From: a virus
Taxonomy: Duplodnaviria > Caudoviricetes
IMG/VR virus record: IMGVR_UViG_3300036779_000023
Location: 897 to 64,896 of that record
DNA: 64,000 nucleotides
Strand: one strand, 5' to 3'
Shown: positions 26,301 through 34,733 of the stretch, in pieces
Layout: every line of letters begins with the position of its first letter
Position numbering within the stretch: position 1 is the first letter of the stretch
The notes under the pieces: model-generated
What the model was told of the DNA's origin: nothing
The model's input: only the letters and a program-made list of their open reading frames with translations
Databases searched by the model: none
Translations under genes and position numbers: made by a program

Positions 26301-28335
26301 TGATCGCACCGGCGTTGCCGAGCATCCGCGCCAGCCAGTTGCCACCCTGATTGGCCGTCACGGTGCCGCTGATAGGCTGCGTGACGCCGGAGCCGTCGAC
26401 CTTGAGCGCGCTCGCTGCCGTCACGGAGGCGACATTGCCGGCCTGTTGGATCGTCATCAGCCATGGCGTGGTGTTCGCCGTGTTGCCCGGCTGCATGGTC
26501 CATGTGCCGCCTTGGCTGGCCGTCACCGTGCCCGAGATCGGCTGCGTCACGCCTGAGTTGTCGACCCGCAAGGCGCCTGCCGTCGTCAAGGACAACGCGT
26601 TCGAGGTGGCCGTGGTGTAGCTCGGGCTACCTGTCGTCACCGCACCGAGGCCGAGCGTTCCGGTCTGGCCCGACGTCGTTGATGCCAGCGCGGCGTTGGT
26701 CGGCTGATTCGCAGCTGTGGACGCGCCGGTGGGCAGCGAGACCGTGCCCGAGATGTTGGTGATCGACCACGCGCCGCTCTGGGTGACCGCGAGCGTACCG
26801 GTGATGCCGACATTGCCACTGATCGGCTGCGTCACATTCGAGCCGTCGACCCGCAAGAGCCCCGATGGCGACAGCGACAGCGGATCGGTCTGCCCGGTGG
26901 TGTAGCCCGGCAGACTGGTCGTCACCGCGCCCATCGCGAGGCCGCCGGTTTGCCCTGATGTCGTCGAGGCGATGCCGGCAGCGGTCGCCTGATTGGCCGA
27001 GGTCGCGGCGCCACTCGGCAGCGGCAACGCGGCTGCGCTGATGGGCTGGGTGGCCTGCCAGAAGGTGCCTGAAACGGGCTGGGTGGCCTGCCAGAACGTC
27101 CCCGACACCGGCTGTGTGGTGGCCGAGCCATCCACTTTCAACGCACCCCCGGCGTTGAGATTGAGCCCGGCCATGTTGCCGCCGACATCCTTGGCGCCGA
27201 CCGCTTGGCCGGTCGACGGGAAGGCCGATCCGAAGCTCGGGCCCGAGCCGGCCCCGAAACTCGTGATCTGGTTGCCCGAGGCGTCGAGGATTTCGACCGC
27301 CAGCGGCCTTGCGCTGCCGCGCGCATCAGAGGTGATGGCGTTGCCGGCGCCGTCCTGCGTCCTCGTCGACCAGTTGCCGCCTTGGGTGGCCGTGACGGTT
27401 CCGCTGACGGGCTGGCTGACAGCGGAACCGTCGACACGGATCGCACCAGCGGTTGTGAGGCTGACCGGGCTGGTGGTCCCGTTCGCATAGGTGGGTGCTG
27501 CGGTGGCCACAGCGCCCTGCACAAGCGGTCCGGTCTGACCGCTGGTTGTGGAGCCCTGCGCCGCATTGGTCGGCTGTAGCGCCGCCGTAGCCGCGCCTGC
27601 AGGCAACGGCAGCGCCGTGGCAGAAACCGGCTGGGTTGTTGCGCTGGCATCGGTCTTCAGCGCACCGGTGGCGCTGACCGTTGCAGCGTTGCCGCCCTGA
27701 TTGATGGTCATCAGCCACGGCACCGTGTTGGGCGTATTGCCGGGCTGCACCGTCCATGTGCCGCTCTGGGTGGCACCAATCGTGCCGGAGATCGAGACCG
27801 TTCCTGACACCGGCTGCGTCGTCGCCGAGCTGTCCGTGCGCAGCGCCCCGGTCGTGGTCAGCGACAGCGCATTGCTCTGGCCGGTGGTGTAGCTCGGGGC
27901 GGCGGTGGTGGTGGCGCCCATCGCCAGATTGCCGGTCTGGCCAGACGTGGCCGAACCGAGCGCCGCATTGGTCGGCTGCAGCGCAGCTGTCGCGGCACCG
28001 GTCGGCAGTGAGATGGTCCCGGTGATGTTGGTGATGTTCCAGCTGCCGGACTGGGTCGCCGCGAGCGTGCCCGAGACCGACCACGGACCGCCCGATTGCG
28101 TCACGCCGCCGATGACGTTGCCGCCTGTCTGCAGCACGATGCCACCAGCGAGGTCGCGGCTGATCGCTCTGAGCTTGCCGGAGATCGAGCCGGTGCCGCC
28201 TGCCACTGGTGCCAGATCGGTGGTCGCGCCGATCGTGATGTTGGCGCCATCGACCAGCGTCTGCCCGAGCGTCGTGATGTTGCCGGTGCCTGAAGCCGGA
28301 ATACCATTGACGATACCAACAATCGGGTCTGCCAT
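23380..28335 (-). CDS. Giant T/A/G/S-rich repeat protein, probable virion fibre/decoration
   Basis: 1651 aa; about nine LP.GA.TAA.QPTNA...TSGQTG..MGA.T...P.YTT.Q..PLSL...G.LRVDGS.VTQP modules and seven FWQ[AT]TQP units. Confidence 0.8.
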   Translation of the reverse strand: MADPIVGIVNGIPASGTGNITTLGQTLVDGANITIGATTDLAPVAGGTGSISGKLRAISRDLAGGIVLQTGGNVIGGVTQSGGPWSVSGTLAATQSGSWNITNITGTISLPTGAATAALQPTNAALGSATSGQTGNLAMGATTTAAPSYTTGQSNALSLTTTGALRTDSSATTQPVSGTVSISGTIGATQSGTWTVQPGNTPNTVPWLMTINQGGNAATVSATGALKTDASATTQPVSATALPLPAGAATAALQPTNAAQGSTTSGQTGPLVQGAVATAAPTYANGTTSPVSLTTAGAIRVDGSAVSQPVSGTVTATQGGNWSTRTQDGAGNAITSDARGSARPLAVEILDASGNQITSFGAGSGPSFGSAFPSTGQAVGAKDVGGNMAGLNLNAGGALKVDGSATTQPVSGTFWQATQPVSGTFWQATQPISAAALPLPSGAATSANQATAAGIASTTSGQTGGLAMGAVTTSLPGYTTGQTDPLSLSPSGLLRVDGSNVTQPISGNVGITGTLAVTQSGAWSITNISGTVSLPTGASTAANQPTNAALASTTSGQTGTLGLGAVTTGSPSYTTATSNALSLTTAGALRVDNSGVTQPISGTVTASQGGTWTMQPGNTANTTPWLMTIQQAGNVASVTAASALKVDGSGVTQPISGTVTANQGGNWLARMLGNAGAIMDFPGQNASSPANALMMGGQFNTTPTAITSGNASPLQLDTNGNLLVNIKAGGTGGGAVFGPTPVGSAAANPPILVAGTANATSTGNVQVAKVSATGVLSVDGSSVTQPVSGTFWQTTQPVSAAALPLPTGASTAANQPTNAGQASATSGQTGGLAMGAVTSAAPAYTTAQTNPLSLTTTGNLRVDGSSVTQPVSGTFWQATQPISGTITANQGGAWNITNITGTISLPAGAATSANQPTNAGQGSTTSGQTGHIAMGAVTTGAPSYTTAQTSPLSLDLAGNLRVNVVAGGTGGGAVFGPTAVGSAAANPPVLLGGTATGGATGSVEVAKVSAAGLVSVDGSGVTQPVSGTFWQATQPVSASSLPLPAGASISANQPTNAAQASATSGQTGGLSMGAATTAAPSYTTGQTNPLSLNLAGGLRVDGSGVTQPVSGTFWQATQPISGTITANQGGAWTVAATQSGNWTNRIVGNAGAVMDFAGSNVAAAANSLQTGGVYQSSPPTLTAGNSCPLQLDANGYLRVNIMAGGGGGGGTSSNVGAAMPTAATVAMGSVTTAAPAYTTATANALSLTTVGNLRVDGSGVTQPVSGTFWQATQPVSAAALPLPAGAATAANQTTVVTSGSATSGQNGQLQMGAVTTGAPAYTTGQSDPLSLDTAGNLRVSAAALPLPTGAATAALQLDPATYNAGTAWTSATGVNTTAALANSTLTTWTTIVGQITQTSTITGGQITFEESYDNGATYVTIPPQRFVDPATYAPLANPYVCAATTNQRFHIIPSSTGQIRARLSTVIAGTGSVTVAWTQSPLSAVDLTNSICGGDTAAGTTDGGWPIKIGGLAKTTNPTAVTDGQRVNAMFDKVGKQVVVGAIRQLKGVQATTITVATETTIVTAGAAGVFQDLYGLVIANTSATAVNVAIKDATAGTTRMTIMVPAGDTRGFTVPVDSAVVQATAANNWTATVSSAVSSILVTALYVSNT

Positions 28336-28338
28336 GGC

Positions 28339-28653
28339 TCAGAATCCATACAGGTAATAGGTCGCCGCAGACACTGCCGTGATGACCACCTGCATCGGCA
28401 GCTCAAGAACATCTCCCGCATTGCCTGTTGCTTGGACCAGCAGATTGTCGATGCCCGGGACCATTGCTGCATTGACCTGCAGCTGATTGCCCACAATCGT
28501 GAAGTAGCCGAGCTGGTCGGATATGATCGTGTAAACGTAGCTCGACGAGGCGCCGCCCTGCACCGAGAAGGTCGCGACCACCGTTCCGACCGGCGCATTG
28601 GCCGGCACCGTGAGCGAACCCGGAGGCGAGAAGGTGATCGCCCCAAGGTTCAT
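28339..28653 (-). CDS. Cadherin-like single-domain protein
   Basis: VPANAPVGTVVATFSV...YVYTII...YFTIVGNQLQV matches the cadherin-repeat pattern; start uncertain (28653 or 28743). Confidence 0.6.
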   Translation of the reverse strand: MNLGAITFSPPGSLTVPANAPVGTVVATFSVQGGASSSYVYTIISDQLGYFTIVGNQLQVNAAMVPGIDNLLVQATGNAGDVLELPMQVVITAVSAATYYLYGF

Positions 28654-28706
28654 CGACGAGCCGAGATCGGCAAATCTCGGCAGCGCGCTCCAGAAGCCGA
28701 GGAGGG

Positions 28707-29273
28707 TTAGCGCGCCCGGGGCGGCGTCAAGCCAGCCAGCCATTTGTTGTGCTCCGCGATGTCGTCCGCGAGCGTTTTCTCGCGCATCGCGAGATCGTCC
28801 TCACGCTGCTTCAGCTTGGCATCAGCCGCATCTAGCTTGGCCTTGCGGTTCGAGAGATCGACGGCGGCATCGCGCAGGCCTTTCTCGCGCTCGTCGACCA
28901 TCTTGTTTTTCTCGTCGACGTCCCGCTCAAGCTTGGCGAGCTGCGCCTGCATGTGCGCGACCTCCTCCTTGCGCCGCTCCGCCAGCACTAGCGTGGCTTT
29001 CGCGTTTCCCAGATCGGCCGCTGCTTTCGAGGCCACACTATCCGCGTCTTGCTTGGTTTTTTGGGCTTCCAGATTCGCCTTGCGGCTTGCCTCTTGACTG
29101 GTTGCGATGATCTCACGCTGCTTCTCCGTCGCGTTCTCGATCGCCTTGCGCTCCTCGACCATCTTGTCGAGCACCTTCTTGGCGTCGTTGGGGTTGGCGA
29201 TCACCTGCAGCAGCGCATAGACCGCGCCGGCCTCGCCGGTGACCGGCGGCAGGTAGGGTTGCAAGCTCATCAT
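28707..29273 (-). CDS. Coiled-coil protein
   Basis: 188 aa, K/E/A/D heptads. Confidence 0.7.
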   Translation of the reverse strand: MMSLQPYLPPVTGEAGAVYALLQVIANPNDAKKVLDKMVEERKAIENATEKQREIIATSQEASRKANLEAQKTKQDADSVASKAAADLGNAKATLVLAERRKEEVAHMQAQLAKLERDVDEKNKMVDEREKGLRDAAVDLSNRKAKLDAADAKLKQREDDLAMREKTLADDIAEHNKWLAGLTPPRAR

Positions 29274-29287
29274 GGTTCGATTCCCTT

Positions 29288-29596
29288 TTAGGTGTTGGTG
29301 ATGACCGAGACCACATAGCCCGGAATGACCATCTTGTACTCGGTCTGATTGGCCGCCATGCGCTGGTTCTGGGCGGTCGCTACCACACCCGGCGGACCGA
29401 TCGCAATCGAGCAGATCGCGTCGGTATGCAGCCGCACGATCCGGGTTCGCGCATTGAACGGTTGAGATGGGGCGGCGCTGGCGCCGATCGCGAGCGGCAC
29501 CTGCTCAACGATCGGCGGGTCTCTGACCACCTGCGGCGCCCACGTGGCTTGAGCGCCCGGCAGATCGGGATATTCCGCTACATACAACAAGGCCAT
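29288..29596 (-). CDS. Small beta-rich virion decoration/spike-base-like protein
   Basis: 102 aa; LYVAEY...S.PFN..TRIVRLHTD..CSI.IG; GGAGG SD; heads the fibre cassette. Confidence 0.6.
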   Translation of the reverse strand: MALLYVAEYPDLPGAQATWAPQVVRDPPIVEQVPLAIGASAAPSQPFNARTRIVRLHTDAICSIAIGPPGVVATAQNQRMAANQTEYKMVIPGYVVSVITNT

Positions 29597-29608
29597 TCGA
29601 GCCTCCGG

Positions 29609-29812
29609 TCAATGCCGGCCGACCTCCGATGGACCTCCCAGCCTTTTTAGAAACTGTCGATGAGCTTCTTCTTCGTCCTTCATAGCACAGTCGAAACAAA
29701 CATTCATCCCGCCCGGGCCGTACGGTCGCAGCTCGTCCTTCTTGCCGCACATCTGGCAGATTCCATCGTCCTCGCCGAACACGAAAAGCGTCTCGCCGAC
29801 TTTCTGGGTCAT
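29609..29812 (-). CDS. Small Zn-ribbon protein
   Basis: CQMCG...ELRPYGP...VCFDC. Confidence 0.65.
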   Translation of the reverse strand: MTQKVGETLFVFGEDDGICQMCGKKDELRPYGPGGMNVCFDCAMKDEEEAHRQFLKRLGGPSEVGRH

Positions 29813-30030
29813 GGCTCTTCTCCCGTGAAGGTCTCGATCCCCCACCATTTGCGCTGGCAGTCATCACAGAACTTCGCACAGGCACCGTCCGGCTTGAACA
29901 GCATCAGCGGTATGCTTTCCTCGGGCACGCCAGCCGAGCAGTACGAGCACAGCGCGGGCGCCGGAGATCGCGGCCCGCTCCACGTCACATGATCCCAGTC
30001 GAAGCCTGCGCGTGGCGGAATGTGGCTCAT
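29809..30030 (-). CDS. Small Zn-ribbon protein
   Basis: CSYC...CDDC. Confidence 0.6.
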   Translation of the reverse strand: MSHIPPRAGFDWDHVTWSGPRSPAPALCSYCSAGVPEESIPLMLFKPDGACAKFCDDCQRKWWGIETFTGEEP

Positions 30031-30662
30031 GTGCGCTTTCCCCAATTGCGTTGGCATAGCGCAAGCAGCTCGTAAATATCGCGCGCCGAGTTGGGCGGCG
30101 GCGCGTCCTTATAGCAGTTGTGGAATGGATTCGGCACCCAGTAGTTCTTAAGATTGAAGCCGTGCGTCTTCGGGATCGACTTGCGCAGCTTGACGTCCCA
30201 GTCCCAGCACAATAGCTCGGCGTCCCATTCGAGCTTCGGCGTCGGCTCGCCATTGTCATCCTTGTGGTTGATCAGCCCGGCGAGGATGAAGATCAGCCGC
30301 TGCTCCGGACCATACTTCTCGATGAACGCCTCCATGTCCTTGACCCATACGATGATCTCTTTCGGATTGACAGCGCATTTGACGTCAGCCGGCCAGTCAC
30401 GGCCATCGCGCATGGTGAGAATGCGGTCGACATGGCCGTCGCCTCTACCCTTGACCAGCGGTTTGTAGTCGCCACCGAGCAGATAGGCCAGCCGCCGCTC
30501 GCTCAGTGCAGACATGAAATCGTGATCCGGGTTGCGATACTGCGACTGTGAGTAGGCGGCGGTGGCGATTTTCATCCGCTCGCCGTAGTCGATCAGGAAG
30601 GCGTTGTCCGGCAGCCCGGCATGGCGATAGCGCGCAAACCGCGCCGCGATCTCCTCGTTCAT
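30027..30662 (-). CDS. PD-(D/E)xK-like nuclease
   Basis: DGHVD...ADVK motif spacing. Confidence 0.5.
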   Translation of the reverse strand: MNEEIAARFARYRHAGLPDNAFLIDYGERMKIATAAYSQSQYRNPDHDFMSALSERRLAYLLGGDYKPLVKGRGDGHVDRILTMRDGRDWPADVKCAVNPKEIIVWVKDMEAFIEKYGPEQRLIFILAGLINHKDDNGEPTPKLEWDAELLCWDWDVKLRKSIPKTHGFNLKNYWVPNPFHNCYKDAPPPNSARDIYELLALCQRNWGKRT

Positions 30663-31237
30663 CCTGCCCTCGATGGCTTGTGCTCGATCGGGATCGGCTT
30701 CTCCCGCTCGCGCTCGTCGATCTCGTCAAACAGCTCCTGCAGGATCGAGGCCTGCGACACGCCGGTATTGGCATTGACCGCGATCGCCTGCAGCTTCGGA
30801 TGGATGAAGCCCGCGACCTTGAACGCGAACTCGCCGACCTTGTCCCACAGCCGCTCGATCTCGCGCTCGGCGATGTCAACGTTCGCCGTCAGCTCCGGCG
30901 TCGGCGCCTGCACGGCCCAGAACTCCAGCATCGCCTCCCAGTCGCGGATCGCCTGCAGATTATGCTGCATGCCCTTGAGCAGCGCCTCCTTCGGCGTCAT
31001 GTCCTCGACCGCGTCCGACAGCCCGTTGATGATCCGCGCGATCTGGATGCGCCGCTCCACCACCACCGTCTCCAGCCGGCTCGATCCGTGATGCTTCTGG
31101 GCCGCCTCGCGCATGATCTCGGCCGGTGTCTCGTGATGGCGCCGCTGCTCAATCTCCCGAGCCTTGCGATTGGCATCCCGCTTGGCTGGCCGCTTGCGCG
31201 CATTGCCGCGTCGCTCGCCTTTCTTGCTGCCGCCCAT
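30659..31237 (-). CDS. terS: Putative terminase small subunit
   Basis: N-terminal GGSKKGERRG and C-terminal FIHPKLQAI pattern recalled from alphaproteobacterial phage terS-like proteins. Confidence 0.55.
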   Translation of the reverse strand: MGGSKKGERRGNARKRPAKRDANRKAREIEQRRHHETPAEIMREAAQKHHGSSRLETVVVERRIQIARIINGLSDAVEDMTPKEALLKGMQHNLQAIRDWEAMLEFWAVQAPTPELTANVDIAEREIERLWDKVGEFAFKVAGFIHPKLQAIAVNANTGVSQASILQELFDEIDEREREKPIPIEHKPSRAG

Positions 31238-31413
31238 CAATTGCCCTTCTTCAGCATGTTCATCACGCTGGTCGGCTCCGTTGGTGCATCTTCCAGCGCC
31301 GCCAGCGCCTTCGCACAATGCTGCAACGCTATCCGGAATCGCTCGATCTCGTCCAGCGCCAGCGTCGCCTGCATGCTCAGCACGCCGGCTTCCAACACAA
31401 TCCTGTAGCCCAT
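31237..31413 (-). CDS. Hypothetical 58-aa protein
   Basis: Start MGYRIV; stop overlaps the next ATG. Confidence 0.5.
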   Translation of the reverse strand: MGYRIVLEAGVLSMQATLALDEIERFRIALQHCAKALAALEDAPTEPTSVMNMLKKGN

Positions 31414-31415
31414 GA

Positions 31416-32189
31416 TCAAAACATCTCCAGCTGCGGTTCGCGATCCGGCTCCTGTTCGGCCGTGATCGGGAACTGCCGTACCAATGGGAAGTCGGTCGGG
31501 ATCGCGGCCTTGCCGGCCAGCTGCTTGAAGAAATAGGCGATGCCGAGGATGCGGCACTGCTCGCGAATCGTCGCTTCCCACATCGGGTCCATCGGCCGAT
31601 GGTTGCGACCGCTCTCGCCGCCGCAGATCAGCCAGTCGAGCCCACGCGCAATCCCCTTGGTGATGAGGTCCAATGGCCCGAGCGCCGGCTCGTACGAACA
31701 GAACCGCACCGCCGCATCGATCTCGCGCATGATCGGCCAGCGCTGATCGAACCGCTCCTGATCTTCCGCCGAAAACCCGAGCCACACATGCGACCATCCC
31801 GGTCCCGCCCAGCCCGGCGGCAGCATGCGCGCGACGTTCTCGCATCGCTTGGTCAGGATCAGCCAGTCCAACTCCGGGGTAATCCGGATGGTCTGCCACA
31901 GCCGGGTCCGCCACTCCTCGGGAATCTGATTGTCGAACAGGTCAGCCATGCTGGCACAGAACACCCGTGGCCGGATGGGCTTTTCCCGGGCTTGCCGAGC
32001 CCACCGGAGCGGGGATTTCCACGCCGCCTCAGATGCCAGCCGGCGCTCGGCGTGCGGGCCCCACCCCACGCCAAGCCGATAGGCAATCCCTTCAGCGTAA
32101 CAATGGTCGCAGCCCGGGCTGACACGCTGGCAGCCGATCCACGGGTTGAACGTGTGGTCGCACCACTCGATCTTGGTCTTGTCACCCAT
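31416..32189 (-). CDS. DUF5131 (phage Gp37/Gp68) family protein
   Basis: TKIEWCDHTFNPWIGCQRVSPGCDHCYA, VFCASMADLF, LILTKR, WLICGGESG. Confidence 0.9.
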   Translation of the reverse strand: MGDKTKIEWCDHTFNPWIGCQRVSPGCDHCYAEGIAYRLGVGWGPHAERRLASEAAWKSPLRWARQAREKPIRPRVFCASMADLFDNQIPEEWRTRLWQTIRITPELDWLILTKRCENVARMLPPGWAGPGWSHVWLGFSAEDQERFDQRWPIMREIDAAVRFCSYEPALGPLDLITKGIARGLDWLICGGESGRNHRPMDPMWEATIREQCRILGIAYFFKQLAGKAAIPTDFPLVRQFPITAEQEPDREPQLEMF

Positions 32190-32421
32190 CGCTGACCCGC
32201 TTGATCTTCAGCACCCCGCCCTCGCCGCGCGCCATGGCGATCTCGCGGCCTTCCCAGTCGCCGCGCCCCAATAGGCCCACCAGCGTCCGGAAGTCCGCTG
32301 CCGAGATCGCCAGCATCACCTCGTCCTCCAGCTGGATGAACCGCACGTCGTCCGGAAACGGCGGCTGCAGCGGCAGCACCTCGATCCAGAAGTCATCATC
32401 CTCCAGCCTTTGATACCTCAT
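32182..32421 (-). CDS. Hypothetical protein
   Basis: 79 aa; GGGAGG SD. Confidence 0.6.
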   Translation of the reverse strand: MRYQRLEDDDFWIEVLPLQPPFPDDVRFIQLEDEVMLAISAADFRTLVGLLGRGDWEGREIAMARGEGGVLKIKRVSDG

Positions 32422-32611
32422 GCGATTTCCTCCCTCGCTTGGCCAGCTCTCGCTTCAGCTGCTTCACCTCGGCGCGCAGGCTGTCAATCGTCGCCTGCAT
32501 CTCGATCAGGAGCGGCGTGGCCGGCTTCATCTCCTTGCTCACTTTCTGGAACTTCGGACAGATGCGCGACCAGTGCCGCTCACCGCACGTCTTACACTTC
32601 GGGGCTTCCAT
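32396..32611 (-). CDS. Small Zn-knuckle plus coiled-coil protein
   Basis: CKTCGERH...C then heptads. Confidence 0.55.
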   Translation of the reverse strand: MEAPKCKTCGERHWSRICPKFQKVSKEMKPATPLLIEMQATIDSLRAEVKQLKRELAKRGRKSHEVSKAGG

Positions 32612-32870
32612 CGTCCTTGGTCTCGACCGTGGCCTTGATGCCGCTGAACTCGATCGTGATCTTGCCGACCCCGGCGTGCTGCATGATCAGCTTCGCCAGC
32701 TGGATCGCCTGCTCGGGCGGAAAGCCCAGCCAGCTCACCTCGGTTCCGAAGTTGATGATGACATTGCCCTTGGAGTCGTGCGCCACTCCGATCTTGAGCG
32801 CACCGCGATCCTCTGGTCCGAGCGAGCCTCTCGGATATTCGCCGGTCGGTCCGAACTTCTCCCGGCTCAT
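32592..32870 (-). CDS. Conserved phage hypothetical protein
   Basis: GPTGEYP.G.L..EDRG.L...INFG..VSWL...P.QA pattern. Confidence 0.7.
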   Translation of the reverse strand: MSREKFGPTGEYPRGSLGPEDRGALKIGVAHDSKGNVIINFGTEVSWLGFPPEQAIQLAKLIMQHAGVGKITIEFSGIKATVETKDDGSPEV

Positions 32871-33283
32871 TGGTTGCCCTCCGGCGGCTTGCCCGGCTTC
32901 GGCGGCGTGAATGGCTTCTGGGTAGTACCGAGGCCACTCGGCGGGATTTCGCTCAGCGCCTTCTTGGTCGCCTCTTCGTTGCTGATCGGCTTGGCCTTCA
33001 CTGCGTCCGGCATCACGTAGCCCGGCGGCGTCTTGCCGGCGGCTTGATCGGCCGCCTTCTGCTTGTCCTCTTCCTCGTGCTTCTTGACAGCCTCGCTGAC
33101 GTCGGTGAGGTGGGTCTTGGGATCGACCTTGTAGAGCTGGATCATCGGACCGTTCTTCTGCTCGCCCAGTGGCGGCGGCGGCTTGCCTTCATCGACATAG
33201 ACCGGCGCCTTGGGTTTCTCAGCCGCACTCAACACAGATGCAGCCAGCAGCAGCGGGAGGCTGATCAACAGCGATATGCGCAT
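32867..33283 (-). CDS. Secreted K/P/E-rich protein
   Basis: Signal peptide MRISLLISLPLLLAASVLSA. Confidence 0.7.
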   Translation of the reverse strand: MRISLLISLPLLLAASVLSAAEKPKAPVYVDEGKPPPPLGEQKNGPMIQLYKVDPKTHLTDVSEAVKKHEEEDKQKAADQAAGKTPPGYVMPDAVKAKPISNEEATKKALSEIPPSGLGTTQKPFTPPKPGKPPEGNQ

Positions 33284-33662
33284 TTCTCTCTCCTTTGCCG
33301 TCGTCGATCGCGATCTTGCGATACTGCATCCGGGTCACGTACGTGCGCGGATCGATATCATGGACCTCGCACAACATGTCGACGAACTGTTTTGGGCTGA
33401 AATGTGAAAATCCTTCGCGTTTGCACTCCAGTGTGCCGTAGTGTGGGTAAAGCAGCATCAGCTCCAACGGCTCGCGCCTGACGTTCACCAGCTCGATATA
33501 TCCGAGCGTCTTCACGTGCTCGCCCTTGCTTAGGCCTCGCGCCTTCTGCACTACGCGCAGCCGCATGTTCTTGGTGGCGAACAGCCAGCCGATCCGCCGG
33601 GTCACGGTCTTGGTGCCGGCGAGAAACGGCACCGTGGCGAGCGACATCGAGATCAGTCGCAT
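33219..33662 (-). CDS. ASCH-domain protein
   Basis: GTKTVTRR.GW...VRREPL...REGF. Confidence 0.75.
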   Translation of the reverse strand: MRLISMSLATVPFLAGTKTVTRRIGWLFATKNMRLRVVQKARGLSKGEHVKTLGYIELVNVRREPLELMLLYPHYGTLECKREGFSHFSPKQFVDMLCEVHDIDPRTYVTRMQYRKIAIDDGKGERNAHIAVDQPPAAAGCICVECG

Positions 33663-33901
33663 GCTTCGACGCGCTCGCTGAACTTTGTCGTCACCGGCAC
33701 CGGCTCGCGCAGCACGCTGCCGACAGCCCGGCATGCCGCCTTGCGCTCCCCCTCGGGGAGATACTGCTGGATCGCCGCCCGCACCGCAATCGCGGCCGAG
33801 GCGATGATGTCCCAGCGCTCAGTCTCCGTCAGCACCCCGTCCGGTCTCTTGCATTCGATCGTGATTGTCACCTTGACCTTGCTTGTCTGCCGCATTGCCA
33901 T
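33653..33901 (-). CDS. Hypothetical protein
   Basis: GGAGG SD upstream of MAMRQ. Confidence 0.5.
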   Translation of the reverse strand: MAMRQTSKVKVTITIECKRPDGVLTETERWDIIASAAIAVRAAIQQYLPEGERKAACRAVGSVLREPVPVTTKFSERVEACD

Positions 33902-34202
33902 CCTTGCCTCCCTGTTTTGACGCATCGATTCCATAGGTGATCCGGATCATGTAGTTGCAGCCGCGCTCTCTGATCTTGGTGACCGTCGAGCACTGGTCGC
34001 AGGTGCCTTCCTCATAGAATACGCCGGGCGTCTCCATGCCCAGCCGCTGGCCGCAGCCGGCACAGCTGAACTTCTGGTACACCTCCATGCCCTGTCTGGT
34101 CAGCTCGCGCGCCTTCTTGCACACCTGATCGAACGGGAAATCGAAATACTCGACACCGCGATTGTCGACCCGCCTGATCGCATCTTTCTTCTTGAACGCC
34201 AT
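33819..34202 (-). CDS. Zn-ribbon protein
   Basis: QKFSCAGCG...CDQC; GGGAG SD. Confidence 0.6.
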   Translation of the reverse strand: MAFKKKDAIRRVDNRGVEYFDFPFDQVCKKARELTRQGMEVYQKFSCAGCGQRLGMETPGVFYEEGTCDQCSTVTKIRERGCNYMIRITYGIDASKQGGKDGNAADKQGQGDNHDRMQETGRGADGD

Positions 34203-34213
34203 GCCCCGCTCCC

Positions 34214-34456
34214 TCAATGGACATTGCCGCCGGAGGATACGATCTCTAGCTGCTTGGCGAACCTCAGCAGCATCTCCGCCAGCTCGATCAGCGTATCGTC
34301 CTCGATCGCCATTGCGGCGAACACGCGATTGTCGTCGTCGAGCAGCTCGATATGGTAGCAACCGCAATTGGGGCAGGCATAGCCGTGCCAGCCGCTCGCG
34401 AGCAGCCGGCCGTCCTCGCCGCGATCGACCTTGATGTCGTCAATGCTTCCAACCAT
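34214..34456 (-). CDS. Hypothetical protein
   Basis: CPNCGCYH motif. Confidence 0.55.
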   Translation of the reverse strand: MVGSIDDIKVDRGEDGRLLASGWHGYACPNCGCYHIELLDDDNRVFAAMAIEDDTLIELAEMLLRFAKQLEIVSSGGNVH

Positions 34457-34733
34457 TGATGGTTTCCCTGATGCCGTTCTGGATGTCCTGATTGCGCGCA
34501 ACGCGCCTCCCGAACGCGACAATATCCTCGTGCACAGCGTCAAAAATGCGATCGAGCGGCGCATGCTCGTCGAGCCCGATGTCGACCCGCCCGGTCAGAA
34601 TGCCGAACAGCGCGATGAAGCCCATCACAAACGACACTTCGTCGGGCGGCGTTTCGCCCATCTTGATCTGGGTCTTGACCGCGACGTCGAAGGCCTTGTC
34701 GATGATGTTGGCATTGTCATAGCGGTCAGGCAT
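34440..34733 (-). CDS. Hypothetical protein
   Basis: Start MPDRY with GGAG SD. Confidence 0.6.
   Translation of the reverse strand: MPDRYDNANIIDKAFDVAVKTQIKMGETPPDEVSFVMGFIALFGILTGRVDIGLDEHAPLDRIFDAVHEDIVAFGRRVARNQDIQNGIRETINGWKH

Noticed and set aside
24569-28084. Alternative-frame minus-strand ORFs inside the giant repeat gene
   Set aside because: Explained by repeat structure and GC bias; no independent start signals
23380-28335. DNA repeats as a possible CRISPR array or DGR template/variable repeat pair
   Set aside because: Repeats are in-frame protein modules with synonymous differences, not repeat-spacer units; no reverse transcriptase or cas gene and no A-specific mismatch pattern noticed
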